Positions 39,128 to 51,432 of a stretch of DNA of 64,000 nt are shown piece after piece. The stretch's first letter is position 1; each line of letters starts with the position of its first letter. Below the pieces are notes generated by a model. That model had not been told where the DNA came from. It searched no databases and was given only the letters and a program-made list of their open reading frames with translations. The position numbers and the translations under genes are program-made. The stretch lies in assembly GCA_965215005.1 (NCBI GenBank), contig CBDCCZ010000006.1, forward strand, positions 171,720-235,719, written 5' to 3'. Source of the stretch: Kofleriaceae bacterium (GTDB lineage Bacteria > Myxococcota_A > Polyangia > Haliangiales > Haliangiaceae).

Positions 39128-40612
39128 GTGTTCGAGACTGCCGAGCTGGGGAGAAAGCTAGCAAAAGACGACTATCACGAGCGATTGCCGTCGCTGCGCA
39201 CCGAGCTCTTGACCATGCAACAAGCGCTGCGCGACGCCCCCTTCTCGGTGGTCGTACTTCTGCACGGAATCGAGGGCGCCGGCAAAGGAGACACGCTCAA
39301 TCGCCTGCACGAGTGGATGGACGCGCGCTTCCTCATCACCCATGCGCTGAGCCCCGCCACCGACCTGGAGCGCGAGCGGCCCGAATACTATCGCTATTGG
39401 ATGCGGCTACCACCGGCAGGCCGCATCGGCATCTTCTTGGGCTCTTGGTACACAGAGCCCTTTCAACAGCGGGTTGGTGGCGAGCTCGACGACGCTGGTC
39501 TCGACGCCGCGCTCGCACGCATCAATCGATTCGAGAAAGCGCTCATCGATGATGGCGCCCTCCTCATCAAGCTGTGGCTCCACCTGGGCAAGAAAGACCA
39601 GAAGAAGCGCTTCAAGAAGCTCGCCAGCGCAAAAGAGACCTCCTGGCGCGTCACCGACGAGGACTGGAAGCAGCATCGCCAGTACGAGGCAATGCGCATG
39701 ATCGCCGGGCGCGTCATCCGCAAGACCTCAACCGGTGAAGCGCCGTGGCTCGTCATCGAAGGCACCGACGCCCGCTATCGCTCGGTGACGGTGGCCGAAC
39801 ATCTGGCCTCACGGGTGCGCATCCGCACCAGCGAGGCCGGTGAAGGCAACCGCGCACACGACGAGCAGGAGTTTCTCTCCGCCCATGCCGTCGCTCAATC
39901 GATGACCATCCTCGACAAGCTCCATCTGTCGCGTTGCCTGGACAAGGGCGACTACGAGCGCGAGCTCAGTCATTGGCAAGGAGAGCTCAATCGACTCAGC
40001 CGCAAAGCGCAGCAGCGCAAACGCGCCGCGGTCTTGGTTTTCGAAGGATGGGATGCGGCGGGCAAGGGCGGCGCCGTGCGCCGAATGACGCAGGCGCTCG
40101 ATGCGCGTTATTACCAGGTCATTCCGGTTTCAGCACCGTCGGACGAGGAGAAGGCGCATCACTATCTGTGGCGCTTCTGGCGGCAGATACCGCGCGCTGG
40201 GCGCATGACAATCTACGATCGCAGCTGGTACGGCCGGGTGCTCGTAGAGCGCGTGGAAGGGCTGGCGACGGTGAGCGAGTGGATGCGCGCCTACAACGAG
40301 ATCAACGACTTCGAGGAGCAACTCGTCAATCATGGAATCGTGCTGGCGAAGTTCTGGCTGCACATCGATGCCGATGAGCAGCTGCAACGCTTTCACGAGC
40401 GCGAGCGCACGCCGTGGAAACAGCACAAGATCACCGCGGAGGACTATCGCAATCGCGAGAAGCGGGAAGAGTATCGCGCCGCCGCGGATGAGATGATCGG
40501 CCGCACCAGCACCGAGGTGGCGCCATGGACGCTGGTGGAGGGTAACGACAAACGCTTTGCTCGCGTCAAAGTGATTCAGACTGTGTGCAAGCAACTGAAA
40601 GAAGCGCTGTGA
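39128..40612 (+). CDS. pap: Polyphosphate:AMP phosphotransferase (two-domain class II PPK2)
   Basis: GTG start MFETAELG; two PPK2 domains (HGIEGAGKG and FEGWDAAGKGG); DRSWYGRVLVERVEG. Confidence 0.92.
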   Translation: MFETAELGRKLAKDDYHERLPSLRTELLTMQQALRDAPFSVVVLLHGIEGAGKGDTLNRLHEWMDARFLITHALSPATDLERERPEYYRYWMRLPPAGRIGIFLGSWYTEPFQQRVGGELDDAGLDAALARINRFEKALIDDGALLIKLWLHLGKKDQKKRFKKLASAKETSWRVTDEDWKQHRQYEAMRMIAGRVIRKTSTGEAPWLVIEGTDARYRSVTVAEHLASRVRIRTSEAGEGNRAHDEQEFLSAHAVAQSMTILDKLHLSRCLDKGDYERELSHWQGELNRLSRKAQQRKRAAVLVFEGWDAAGKGGAVRRMTQALDARYYQVIPVSAPSDEEKAHHYLWRFWRQIPRAGRMTIYDRSWYGRVLVERVEGLATVSEWMRAYNEINDFEEQLVNHGIVLAKFWLHIDADEQLQRFHERERTPWKQHKITAEDYRNREKREEYRAAADEMIGRTSTEVAPWTLVEGNDKRFARVKVIQTVCKQLKEAL

Positions 40613-41325
40613 CCGAAGCGGGGGGCAAATCTTCAGTCCTCTGGCGAGTCGGACTCTTCGTGCTGGCGGTAATCGCCGTGGTGCTTCTGGTGCGGCTTCT
40701 GCCGGTCGACGAAGCAGTGGCGGCGCTGCAGCGCACAGTCGCCGAGCTCGGCTGGATCGGCCCCATCGTGTTTGGTCTCGCCTACGTCGCCGCCTCGCTG
40801 GCGTTCGTTCCCGGCTCAGTACTCACCCTCGCCGCCGGCGCGGTGTTTGGCCTGTGGCTTGGAATCATCACGGTCAGCCTCGCAGCTACGCTGGCCGCTG
40901 CGGCTGCATTCTTGATTTCGCGCTACCTGGCGCGCGAGCGGATCGGGGCGATGGCTGAGAACAATTCGCGATTTGGCGCCATCGACCAAGCGGTTGGCGA
41001 AGGCGGCTGGAAAATCGTCGGTCTGCTTCGGTTGTCGCCCGCGGTGCCGTTTAGCGTGAGCAACTACTTGTTTGGCCTCACCTCGATCCAGTTTTGGCCG
41101 TATGTGGGCGTCAGCCTGGTGGCGATGCTGCCTGGCACGTTCTTATACGTGTATCTCGGCTACGCCGGGCGCGCCGGGGTGAGCGCTGCAGAGGATGGTG
41201 GATCACGCGGGCCGCTCGAGTGGGTACTGCTCGCGGTCGGGCTGCTCGCGACGCTCGCCGTTACCATCTACGTGACCCGGCTAGCGCGGCGCGCACTACG
41301 CCAGCGGACAGACGTGACCGAGTAG
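40609..41325 (+). CDS. TVP38/TMEM64 (VTT/DedA) membrane protein
   Basis: VPGSVLTLAAGAVFG, LLRLSPAVPFSVSNY; GTGA overlap with the pap stop. Confidence 0.9.
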   Translation: MTEAGGKSSVLWRVGLFVLAVIAVVLLVRLLPVDEAVAALQRTVAELGWIGPIVFGLAYVAASLAFVPGSVLTLAAGAVFGLWLGIITVSLAATLAAAAAFLISRYLARERIGAMAENNSRFGAIDQAVGEGGWKIVGLLRLSPAVPFSVSNYLFGLTSIQFWPYVGVSLVAMLPGTFLYVYLGYAGRAGVSAAEDGGSRGPLEWVLLAVGLLATLAVTIYVTRLARRALRQRTDVTE

Positions 41326-41473
41326 CAATACCGCGCGCAATTCTGCGCAGCAGCGCCACGACGTGGCAGTTAAGCGCCGCTACCCCGCACAAGGCTCCCC
41401 GACCACAATCGTCTCGTGCCACTGCCTCTCGCCTTTTGCGGGTAATGGCCCTCTCCTTGCAGTCGCTCGGCTG

Positions 41474-42388
41474 ATGATGACGCAAAGCGTCCAACAGCTC
41501 AACTTCAACCACCTCTACTACTTCCATATGGTGGCCACCGAGGGATCGCTCTCCGCAGCCGCCCGACGCATGGGCGTGACTCAGCCAACCGTGAGTGAGC
41601 AGATCAAACAGCTCGAGCGCTCACTTGGCACCTCGCTCTTCGAGCGCAAACGAGGTGGCGGACTGTCGCTAAACGAGGAAGGCAGGCGCGTTCTCGAGCA
41701 CACGCAGGTGATGTTTCGCGCCAGCGAGCGGCTGCTCTGCGAGCTTGACGGTCACGCCGATTCGAGTCGGCGTGCCCTGCAGGTGGGCATCTCATCGACC
41801 ATCACTCGCACGTTTGCCGCGCAGTTTTTTCTACCACTGTTCGAAATGCCGGCGATCGCCCCACGTATTCGCAGCGGCAGCCACGAAGTTCTGTTTGAAC
41901 GTCTAGTAGCGCTCGAGCTCGATATTCTGCTCACCGACACGTTGCCGCACGAGCCCGAAGAGCTGGGGCTCAAGACCCGCGTCGTCCACACGCCGCGGCT
42001 GGTGGCGGTGGCATCTCCAGAGATGGCCGCGCGCATTCACGCCTTTCCAGAAGATCTCGCGTCGGTGCCGCTGCTTCGCTTCACCCAAGGAGCGCGAGTT
42101 CGCTACGAAACTGATCGCTACCTGCGCGAGCGTGGGGTGGTTCCGCAGATCGCTGGCGAAACTGACGACGTATCGCTGATGGCGCACGCCGCCGCAGTGG
42201 GAATCGGAGTCGCGTTCGTTCCATCCACCGTGATTCGCGACCAGACCGAGAAGGGAACACTGGTGGAAATCGCTCCGGTTGCGGAAATCGAGCAGCGAGT
42301 CTACGCGGTCTTTGCGCATCGAGAGACCCCAGCGCAGGTGCTCGACGCCGTGGAGAGTCTCGTCCAACCCGGCGTCGGCGCGACGTGA
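41474..42388 (+). CDS. LysR-family regulator (NhaR-like)
   Basis: LNFNHLYYF...GSLSAAARRMGVTQPTVSEQIKQLE HTH plus substrate-binding domain. Confidence 0.9.
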   Translation: MMTQSVQQLNFNHLYYFHMVATEGSLSAAARRMGVTQPTVSEQIKQLERSLGTSLFERKRGGGLSLNEEGRRVLEHTQVMFRASERLLCELDGHADSSRRALQVGISSTITRTFAAQFFLPLFEMPAIAPRIRSGSHEVLFERLVALELDILLTDTLPHEPEELGLKTRVVHTPRLVAVASPEMAARIHAFPEDLASVPLLRFTQGARVRYETDRYLRERGVVPQIAGETDDVSLMAHAAAVGIGVAFVPSTVIRDQTEKGTLVEIAPVAEIEQRVYAVFAHRETPAQVLDAVESLVQPGVGAT

Positions 42389-42615
42389 GCACAACGCAGG
42401 TATCGCCGCGCGCGGGCCCTGCTGCTGATAGGCGACGCCACGACTGCGGCAAGGGATTGCCGCAGTCGTGAGCCGTCAGAAACGCAACAACATGGGCGGA
42501 GCCGTTCAGAAGAGGCTCTTGCAGAGGCAGCCTGCCCCGCCTCCGCGGCCGACAATCGCGTCACGAATTGCGCGACGTTGTACTTGCTGGCGCCATCGCG
42601 CCTACAATGCGCGCC

Positions 42616-42996
42616 ATGCCGAGCGCGCCGCTCACGATCCTACTCGTCGAAGATCAAGAAGACAGCCGCGACTTGATGGCATTCGCGCTCACGCGCCGTG
42701 GATACCGAGTCGAAACCGCGGCGTCGGGCCAGGAAGCGCTCGATCGACTGTGCGCAGGAGCCGTTGACGTCGCGCTGATCGACCTCGGACTGCCCGACAT
42801 GCCTGGAGACGAGGTGGCGCGACAGGCTACCGCGCGGCTCGGTGCGGCAACGCCGGTGCTGATCGCGCTCACCGGTCGCTCCTTGGAAGCGGATCTTCAG
42901 CGCACCCGCAGCGCAGGATTTCGCGATCACTTAGTCAAACCGGCGTCGGTGGCGCACATAGCGCGCGTCATCGATGATGCCCTCGCTGCCGAGTGA
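42616..42996 (+). CDS. Stand-alone response regulator receiver (CheY-like)
   Basis: LLVED, LIDLGLPD, ALTG, LVKP. Confidence 0.88.
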   Translation: MPSAPLTILLVEDQEDSRDLMAFALTRRGYRVETAASGQEALDRLCAGAVDVALIDLGLPDMPGDEVARQATARLGAATPVLIALTGRSLEADLQRTRSAGFRDHLVKPASVAHIARVIDDALAAE

Positions 42997-43469
42997 CCAC
43001 TCATCCCGTAACGCTCGCGGTCCGGCAGCTGCGGGAGGGTGGGGTGAAGTTTTCGCCACTGCTCTACCGCTACCGTGGCGCACGCGCCGAGGTTCACGCC
43101 GCGGAGCTCGGCATCGACCCTATGCGGCTCGGCAAAACCATCATTTTGCGAGACGCCGACGATCAGGCTCTCGTGGTGGTGATGTGCTCGCCGTGGGAGA
43201 TCGCGACCAAAGCGCTAGCGCGGCACATCGGTAGCAAGCGAGTCGAGCCGGTGGCGCCAGCGCGGGCCGAGTCGCTTTCGGGCTATCGAATCGGCGGCAT
43301 CAGCCCATTTGGGCAACGCACCCCACTGGCGACCTACGCGCAGCTCGAGCTGTTTGGCTTCGAGACGATCTTCGTCAATGGCGGCCAGCGCGGATTCTTG
43401 GTCGAGCTCGCGCCCGACGCATTGGCCCGTCTGCTTGCCGCCGAGCTCATTGACTGCGCCACTCGCTAG
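42993..43469 (+). CDS. ybaK: YbaK/EbsC aminoacyl-tRNA deacylase
   Basis: LGKTII (catalytic Lys), GYRIGGISPFG, NGGQRG. Confidence 0.88.
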   Translation: MTTHPVTLAVRQLREGGVKFSPLLYRYRGARAEVHAAELGIDPMRLGKTIILRDADDQALVVVMCSPWEIATKALARHIGSKRVEPVAPARAESLSGYRIGGISPFGQRTPLATYAQLELFGFETIFVNGGQRGFLVELAPDALARLLAAELIDCATR

Positions 43470-43575
43470 CGGTTTGCGCAGTGGCCACGCATTTGCCGCG
43501 AACGATCTCACGCCTCGAGCGGGAGGCTGATATGCTGGCCTCCATTCGTTCACGCACGTGCATCCATGCAACGCA

Positions 43576-45612
43576 ATGGAAGCGATGTCTAGCCGCGCTG
43601 ACCGCCTAGAGCAGACTGCGCTACGGGCGCAGATTGCCGACCTCGAACGCGAGCTCGAGCGCGCCCGCCGCGTCATCCACGCGCTGGTGGGCGAGAAGAT
43701 CGACGCCATCGTGTCTCCCGCCGCCACCGAACCCTTGCTGCTGCAGCAGGCCCGGGAGGAGCTGCGCCGCAGCGAGCTGCTATTGCGCGCCATCTTCGAG
43801 GGCTCGGTGGATGCGCTGCTGTTCACCGACCACGTCGGTGCCATTCTCGAGGCCAATCCGGCCGCGTGCGCGCTGTTTGGCCGCGACCGCGATGGCCTGC
43901 TCGGTACCACCACAGCGGAGTTGGCTGCGCCAGCTCCCGGGCTCGACGCTGCCGGCGAGCGGGGTACGATGCGGCTTACCCGGCCCAGTGGCGAAGAGCG
44001 TCTCATCGAGTACACGATCCGCCGCGTGCTCGAAGGGTGCAGCGTCTCGGTGCTGCGCGACGTCACCGATCGCGTCCGCGCCGATCGCGAGAAACGCAGC
44101 GCCGCCGAGGAGCTGCAGCGGACCTCGCAGCTCCTCGAGAGCATCGTGGCCGCGGCGCCGCACGGCATTGCGGTGCTCGACACCGATGGGCAGCTGCGGC
44201 TATGGAATCCCGCGGCCGAGCGCATCACTGGCTGGTCGCGTGAGGAGCTCAATCCGCCGGTGCCGCATGCAGCAACGGACGCGGAGTGGCGGGCGCTGCT
44301 AGCATCGGTGTGCGCCGCCAAACGCCGCGACTACGTCGCCCTGCGCCGGCTCGGTAAGAACGGCCAAGTGGTCGACCTTTTGCTCTCGCAGGCGCCGCTG
44401 CTCGAATCGGGTGCCGCGGTCGGCGCGGTGCTCGTGTTCGCCGACTTGACAGAAACCCGCCATCTCGAGGCGCAGCTGCGAGAAGCGCAAAAGATGGAAG
44501 CGGTGGGTCTGTTGGCAGGCGGCGTAGCCCACGACTTCAACAACATGTTGGCGGCGATACGCGGCTTTGCAGGTCTCTTGCGCTCCGACCTCGCAGAGCA
44601 CGATCCACTGCGCAGCGATGTCGATGAGATTCTGGCCGCGTCGGAACGCGCCGCAAGCCTCACTGGCCAGCTGCTCGCAGTGAGCCGTCGCCAGCCGATC
44701 AAGCTCGCGCCGATGGATCTATGCAGCATCGTCGCCGGCATGGAGCGGATGCTCGAGCGGGTGATGGGTGAGGACATCGAGGTCTGCACCTTCTTTACGA
44801 GCTGCCCTGCAACGGTGCGCGGCGCGCGCACTCAGCTCGAGCAAATTCTGCTAAATCTGGCGGTCAATGCGCGCGATGCCATGCCCCGCGGCGGCAGCTT
44901 GATGATCGAGCTCGAGCCGATCATCGTGCGCACCCAAGCAAAGGAAGCGCCGGCAAAACGCTACGTCGGCCTCACGGTAATCGACACCGGCGTGGGCATG
45001 GATGAAGAGACCCGCAGTCGCGTGTTCGAGCCATTCTTCACCACCAAAGATCTTGGCCGCGGCACTGGACTCGGGCTCGCCACCGTCTACGGCATCGTCA
45101 AGCAGCTCGGCGGCACCATCGACATCGACAGCGAGCTCGGCCGCGGGACCTCGGTGCGGATCCTGTTTCCGCGCACCGACGATGAGCCCGCGCCCATGGA
45201 AGCGCCGCGGCCCAAGGTGCTTCGGCCGCGAGGCACCGAGTGCGTCTTGGTCGTGGAAGACGAGCCGGCGGTGCGGCGCATGCTCGTGCACTTGCTATCG
45301 CGCCACGGCTATCGGGTGCTGCATGCTGCCAATGCCGGTGAGGCGCTGCTCATCGCCGAAGAGTTTGGCGCCAGCATCGATTTGCTGCTCACGGATGTGG
45401 TGTTGCCGCGCCGCAGCGGTCTGGAGCTCGCCGAGCGCCTGCAGAGCGACCATCCGCGGCTGCGAGTCATCTATGTTACCGGCTACATGGTGACGTCCGA
45501 AGCGATCCTCAGCGGCGAAGTGGTCACGAAACCATTCGACCCCGCGGTTCTCCTCGAGCGTATCCGCGCGGTCCTCGACGCTCCGGGGGTGCCCGCGCCC
45601 GGCGCCCGGTGA
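43576..45612 (+). CDS. Cytoplasmic hybrid sensor histidine kinase (2 PAS, HisKA, HATPase, REC)
   Basis: GGVAHDFNN, NLAVNARDAM, DTGVGM, FEPFFTTK, GTGLGL; receiver VVEDE/LLTDV/KPF. Confidence 0.93.
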   Translation: MEAMSSRADRLEQTALRAQIADLERELERARRVIHALVGEKIDAIVSPAATEPLLLQQAREELRRSELLLRAIFEGSVDALLFTDHVGAILEANPAACALFGRDRDGLLGTTTAELAAPAPGLDAAGERGTMRLTRPSGEERLIEYTIRRVLEGCSVSVLRDVTDRVRADREKRSAAEELQRTSQLLESIVAAAPHGIAVLDTDGQLRLWNPAAERITGWSREELNPPVPHAATDAEWRALLASVCAAKRRDYVALRRLGKNGQVVDLLLSQAPLLESGAAVGAVLVFADLTETRHLEAQLREAQKMEAVGLLAGGVAHDFNNMLAAIRGFAGLLRSDLAEHDPLRSDVDEILAASERAASLTGQLLAVSRRQPIKLAPMDLCSIVAGMERMLERVMGEDIEVCTFFTSCPATVRGARTQLEQILLNLAVNARDAMPRGGSLMIELEPIIVRTQAKEAPAKRYVGLTVIDTGVGMDEETRSRVFEPFFTTKDLGRGTGLGLATVYGIVKQLGGTIDIDSELGRGTSVRILFPRTDDEPAPMEAPRPKVLRPRGTECVLVVEDEPAVRRMLVHLLSRHGYRVLHAANAGEALLIAEEFGASIDLLLTDVVLPRRSGLELAERLQSDHPRLRVIYVTGYMVTSEAILSGEVVTKPFDPAVLLERIRAVLDAPGVPAPGAR

Positions 45613-45705
45613 TCAAAGAGCGCCGTTGAATTTGCTTCAATCAAGCGCGCGTCAGCAGCCCCGCCCTTGACTTACCCCCACTTGAGGTTTAACCCACAGC
45701 CGACC

Positions 45706-46362
45706 ATGTCGCGTTTCATCCTCGCCTTTGTGTGCTTCTTTCGGCTGCTGTTCACCGGCAAGCTTCCCGCGAGCGCCGCACCGCGGCTGCCAGCCGAGGC
45801 TCTACCCCGTCTCGGAGCACCGACGCCGGAGCCCGACGTTCCCGACGTAATCGAGCGCGAGCCGGGGAAGGCGTTCATGGTGGAGCCGGCAGCGACAAAG
45901 GCGGAGGCCCACTCGGCCACCAGCCCGGCTGCCGCCAAGCCGGCCGTCGCAAAGCCCGCCGTCGCGGTTGGTGAGGCGCATCGCGAAGGCGCCCTAGCGC
46001 TCCTCGGGCTGCTGCAGCGCGAAGCGCGGCTCGTCGACTTCTTGCAGGAAGATCTGGATGAAGCCAGCGACGAGCAGATTGGCGCGGTGGTTCGCGACAT
46101 CCACCGCAGCTGCAAGAAGGTGCTCGCCGATCACGTCAAACTAGAAGCTGTGATGCCCGGCGAGGAAGACGCTGCCGTCACCGTTCCGCGCGGCTTCGAC
46201 CCGATCGAGGTCAAGCTGGTGGGTGCGGTGGATGGCCAGCCGCCCTTTAAAGGAGTCATGCGACACCACGGCTGGCGCGCGGTGGACGTGCATTTCCCCG
46301 AGCTCAGCGAGGGCATCGATCGGCACGTGCTTGCGCCGGCGGAAGTCGAGATCAGCGGATGA
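45706..46362 (+). CDS. DUF2760 domain protein
   Basis: N-terminal AFVCFFRLL helix; ALLGLLQREARLVDFLQED, QIGAVVRDIH, GVMRHHGWRA, APAEVEI. Confidence 0.85.
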   Translation: MSRFILAFVCFFRLLFTGKLPASAAPRLPAEALPRLGAPTPEPDVPDVIEREPGKAFMVEPAATKAEAHSATSPAAAKPAVAKPAVAVGEAHREGALALLGLLQREARLVDFLQEDLDEASDEQIGAVVRDIHRSCKKVLADHVKLEAVMPGEEDAAVTVPRGFDPIEVKLVGAVDGQPPFKGVMRHHGWRAVDVHFPELSEGIDRHVLAPAEVEISG

Positions 46363-48143
46363 GCAGCGCGCGTTACGTCGTCGGCATTGACCTTGGCACC
46401 ACCAACACGGCGGTCGCCTTCGTCGATACTCAGCGCGAAGAGCCGCGCATCGAGCACTTGGCGATCTTGCAGGTGGTGGCAGCGGGAGAGACCGCCGCGC
46501 GTCCCAGTCTGCCGTCGTTTTTGCTGCTGCCCAGCGAGCACGAGGTGGCGCCGAGGGCCATGGCATTGCCCTGGGCGGAGGCACCCGACTTCGCGGTCGG
46601 CAGCATGGCGCGCGATCGCGGGGCTGAGCTGCCGCATCGGCTGGTGGCGTCGGCCAAGTCGTGGCTGTCCAACACCGCGGTCGACCGCACCGCCGCTATT
46701 CTGCCGTGGCGCGGCGCCGATGCCGACGAAGACGCTCGTTTGGGCCGGCAGGTATCGCCGGTGGAGGCCTCAGCGAAGTATCTGGCGCACCTGCGGGCCG
46801 CGTGGGATCAAACCATGGATGCGCCGCTGGCGGAGCAAGACCTGCTACTCACGGTCCCGGCGTCGTTCGATGCGGTGGCACGCGAGCTCACGGTGGCGGC
46901 CGCCCGGCAAGCAGGCCTTCCGACCGCCACGCTGCTCGAAGAGCCTCAGGCAGCCTTCTACTCGTGGCTCGCGAGCACTGGCGACGATTGGCGAAGTGCG
47001 CTCGCACCCGGCGACGTGGTGCTGGTCTGCGACATCGGCGGCGGCACCACCGATTTTTCGCTCATCGAGGTCATCGACGAAGGCGGCACTCTGGCGCTCG
47101 AGCGCGTCGCGGTGGGCGATCATATCTTGCTCGGCGGCGACAACATGGACCTGGCGCTCGCGCACCTGGTGATGCAGCGCCTGGGCGATCGCGCAAAGAA
47201 GCTCGGCTCGATGCAGCAACGCGCGCTGGTGCACGCGTGTCGGCGCGCCAAAGAGACGCTGCTCGGCAGCGACGCGCCCGAAGCGGTTCCCATCACCATC
47301 ATGGGCACCGGCTCGAAGCTAATCGGCGGCAGCATCAAGACCGAAGCGCTGCGCGCGGATCTCGAGCAGCTCATCACCGGCGGCTTTTTTCCCGAGGTCG
47401 ACCGCGGGCAGCGGCCGCAAAAGCGCCGCGCTGTCGGGCTACGTGAGCTCGGCCTGCCGTACGCGCATGATCCCGCCGTCACCCGTCACCTAGCCGAATT
47501 TCTGGCTCGTCACGAGCGCGTGCCCACCGCCATCTTGTGGAACGGCGGCGTCATGAAGGGCGAGCTGGTGCGCGATCGGGTGGCTAGCATCGTCGGCCGC
47601 TGGTACGAGCGCGATGCCCTGCCCTCGCTCGGCGGCACCGATTTGGATCTGGCGGTAGCGCATGGCGCGGCCTATTACGGCATGGTCCGTCGCGGCAAGG
47701 GCATCCGCATCCGTGGCGGCACCGCCCGCTCCTATTATATTGGCGTCGAGAGCGCGATGCCTGCCATTCCCGGCTTCCCGCCGCCCATCAAGGCGCTGTG
47801 CGTGGCGCCCTTTGGAATGGAAGAAGGCACCGCGGTCGAGCTGCCCGGCGAAGAGCTCGGCTTGGTGGTGGGAGAGGCCGCAGAGTTTCGTTTCTTTGCT
47901 TCGACCACGCGGCCCGACGATGGTGTTGGCGCGGTGCTCGAGCCCGAGCGCGCCGAGCTCGCCGAGCTCGATCCGGTCGAAGCCGTGCTTCCTGTCGAGG
48001 GCGGAGCGGCCGCCGGCGAGGTGGTGCCGGTGCTCTTGGAAAGCCGGGTCACCGAGCTCGGAACGCTTGAGCTCTGGTGCGTCGCCAAAGACGGCGGCGG
48101 GCGGTGGAAGCTCGAGTATTCCATCCGCGAGAACGAGCGGTAA
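46359..48143 (+). CDS. Atypical Hsp70-family protein (NBD plus short beta domain, no lid)
   Basis: GIDLGTTN, SAKSWL, TVPASFD, EEPQAA, DIGGGTTD, LLGGDNMD, AVAHGAA; ATGA overlap with DUF2760. Confidence 0.92.
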   Translation: MSSARYVVGIDLGTTNTAVAFVDTQREEPRIEHLAILQVVAAGETAARPSLPSFLLLPSEHEVAPRAMALPWAEAPDFAVGSMARDRGAELPHRLVASAKSWLSNTAVDRTAAILPWRGADADEDARLGRQVSPVEASAKYLAHLRAAWDQTMDAPLAEQDLLLTVPASFDAVARELTVAAARQAGLPTATLLEEPQAAFYSWLASTGDDWRSALAPGDVVLVCDIGGGTTDFSLIEVIDEGGTLALERVAVGDHILLGGDNMDLALAHLVMQRLGDRAKKLGSMQQRALVHACRRAKETLLGSDAPEAVPITIMGTGSKLIGGSIKTEALRADLEQLITGGFFPEVDRGQRPQKRRAVGLRELGLPYAHDPAVTRHLAEFLARHERVPTAILWNGGVMKGELVRDRVASIVGRWYERDALPSLGGTDLDLAVAHGAAYYGMVRRGKGIRIRGGTARSYYIGVESAMPAIPGFPPPIKALCVAPFGMEEGTAVELPGEELGLVVGEAAEFRFFASTTRPDDGVGAVLEPERAELAELDPVEAVLPVEGGAAAGEVVPVLLESRVTELGTLELWCVAKDGGGRWKLEYSIRENER

Positions 48144-50993
<2,850 letters not shown>

Positions 50994-51004
50994 GCGCGCG
51001 TGGC

Positions 51005-51020
51005 TGGTGCGCCGCTTGCT
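51005..51020 (+). promoter_or_regulatory. sigma54 -24/-12 promoter
   Basis: TGGTGCGCCGCTTGCT upstream of AGGAGG RBS. Confidence 0.55.
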
Positions 51021-51053
51021 TTGTTTCTCTGGACCCGAGATCAGGAGGAACGC

Positions 51054-51353
51054 ATGCCGAACGCATGGAGCAAGAAGGACGAACGCCAGTACGAGCACAT
51101 CAAAGACAGCGAAAAGGACCGCGGCAAGTCCACTGACCGCGCCAAAGAGATCGCCGCGCGCACGGTCAACAAGACCCGCCGCAAGCAGGGTCGCACTCCC
51201 AACAAGAGCACCCAAGGCACCGGCAATCCAAGCAGCAGCTTGGACGATCGCTCCAAAGACGAGCTCTACAACCTCGCCAAGGACCTCGACATCGAGGGTC
51301 GCAGCAAGATGAACAAGGGCGAGCTCGCCAAGGCAATCCGCGCCAAGCGCTGA
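51054..51353 (+). CDS. Small basic protein with C-terminal Rho-N/HeH motif
   Basis: WSKKDERQYEHIK...IAARTVNK; SKDELYNLAKDLDIEGRSKMNKGEL; AGGAGG RBS. Confidence 0.85.
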   Translation: MPNAWSKKDERQYEHIKDSEKDRGKSTDRAKEIAARTVNKTRRKQGRTPNKSTQGTGNPSSSLDDRSKDELYNLAKDLDIEGRSKMNKGELAKAIRAKR

Positions 51354-51432
51354 GGACTGCGCGCCGCCACTGCGCACCCGGCAGTGCCAGTAGCGGCTCC
51401 GAGCCAGCCGCCACCACGCTCGCGTGCGGTGG

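Noticed and set aside
45933..45966. Short tandem duplication encoding AKPAVAKPAV in DUF2760
   Set aside because: Ordinary low-complexity linker
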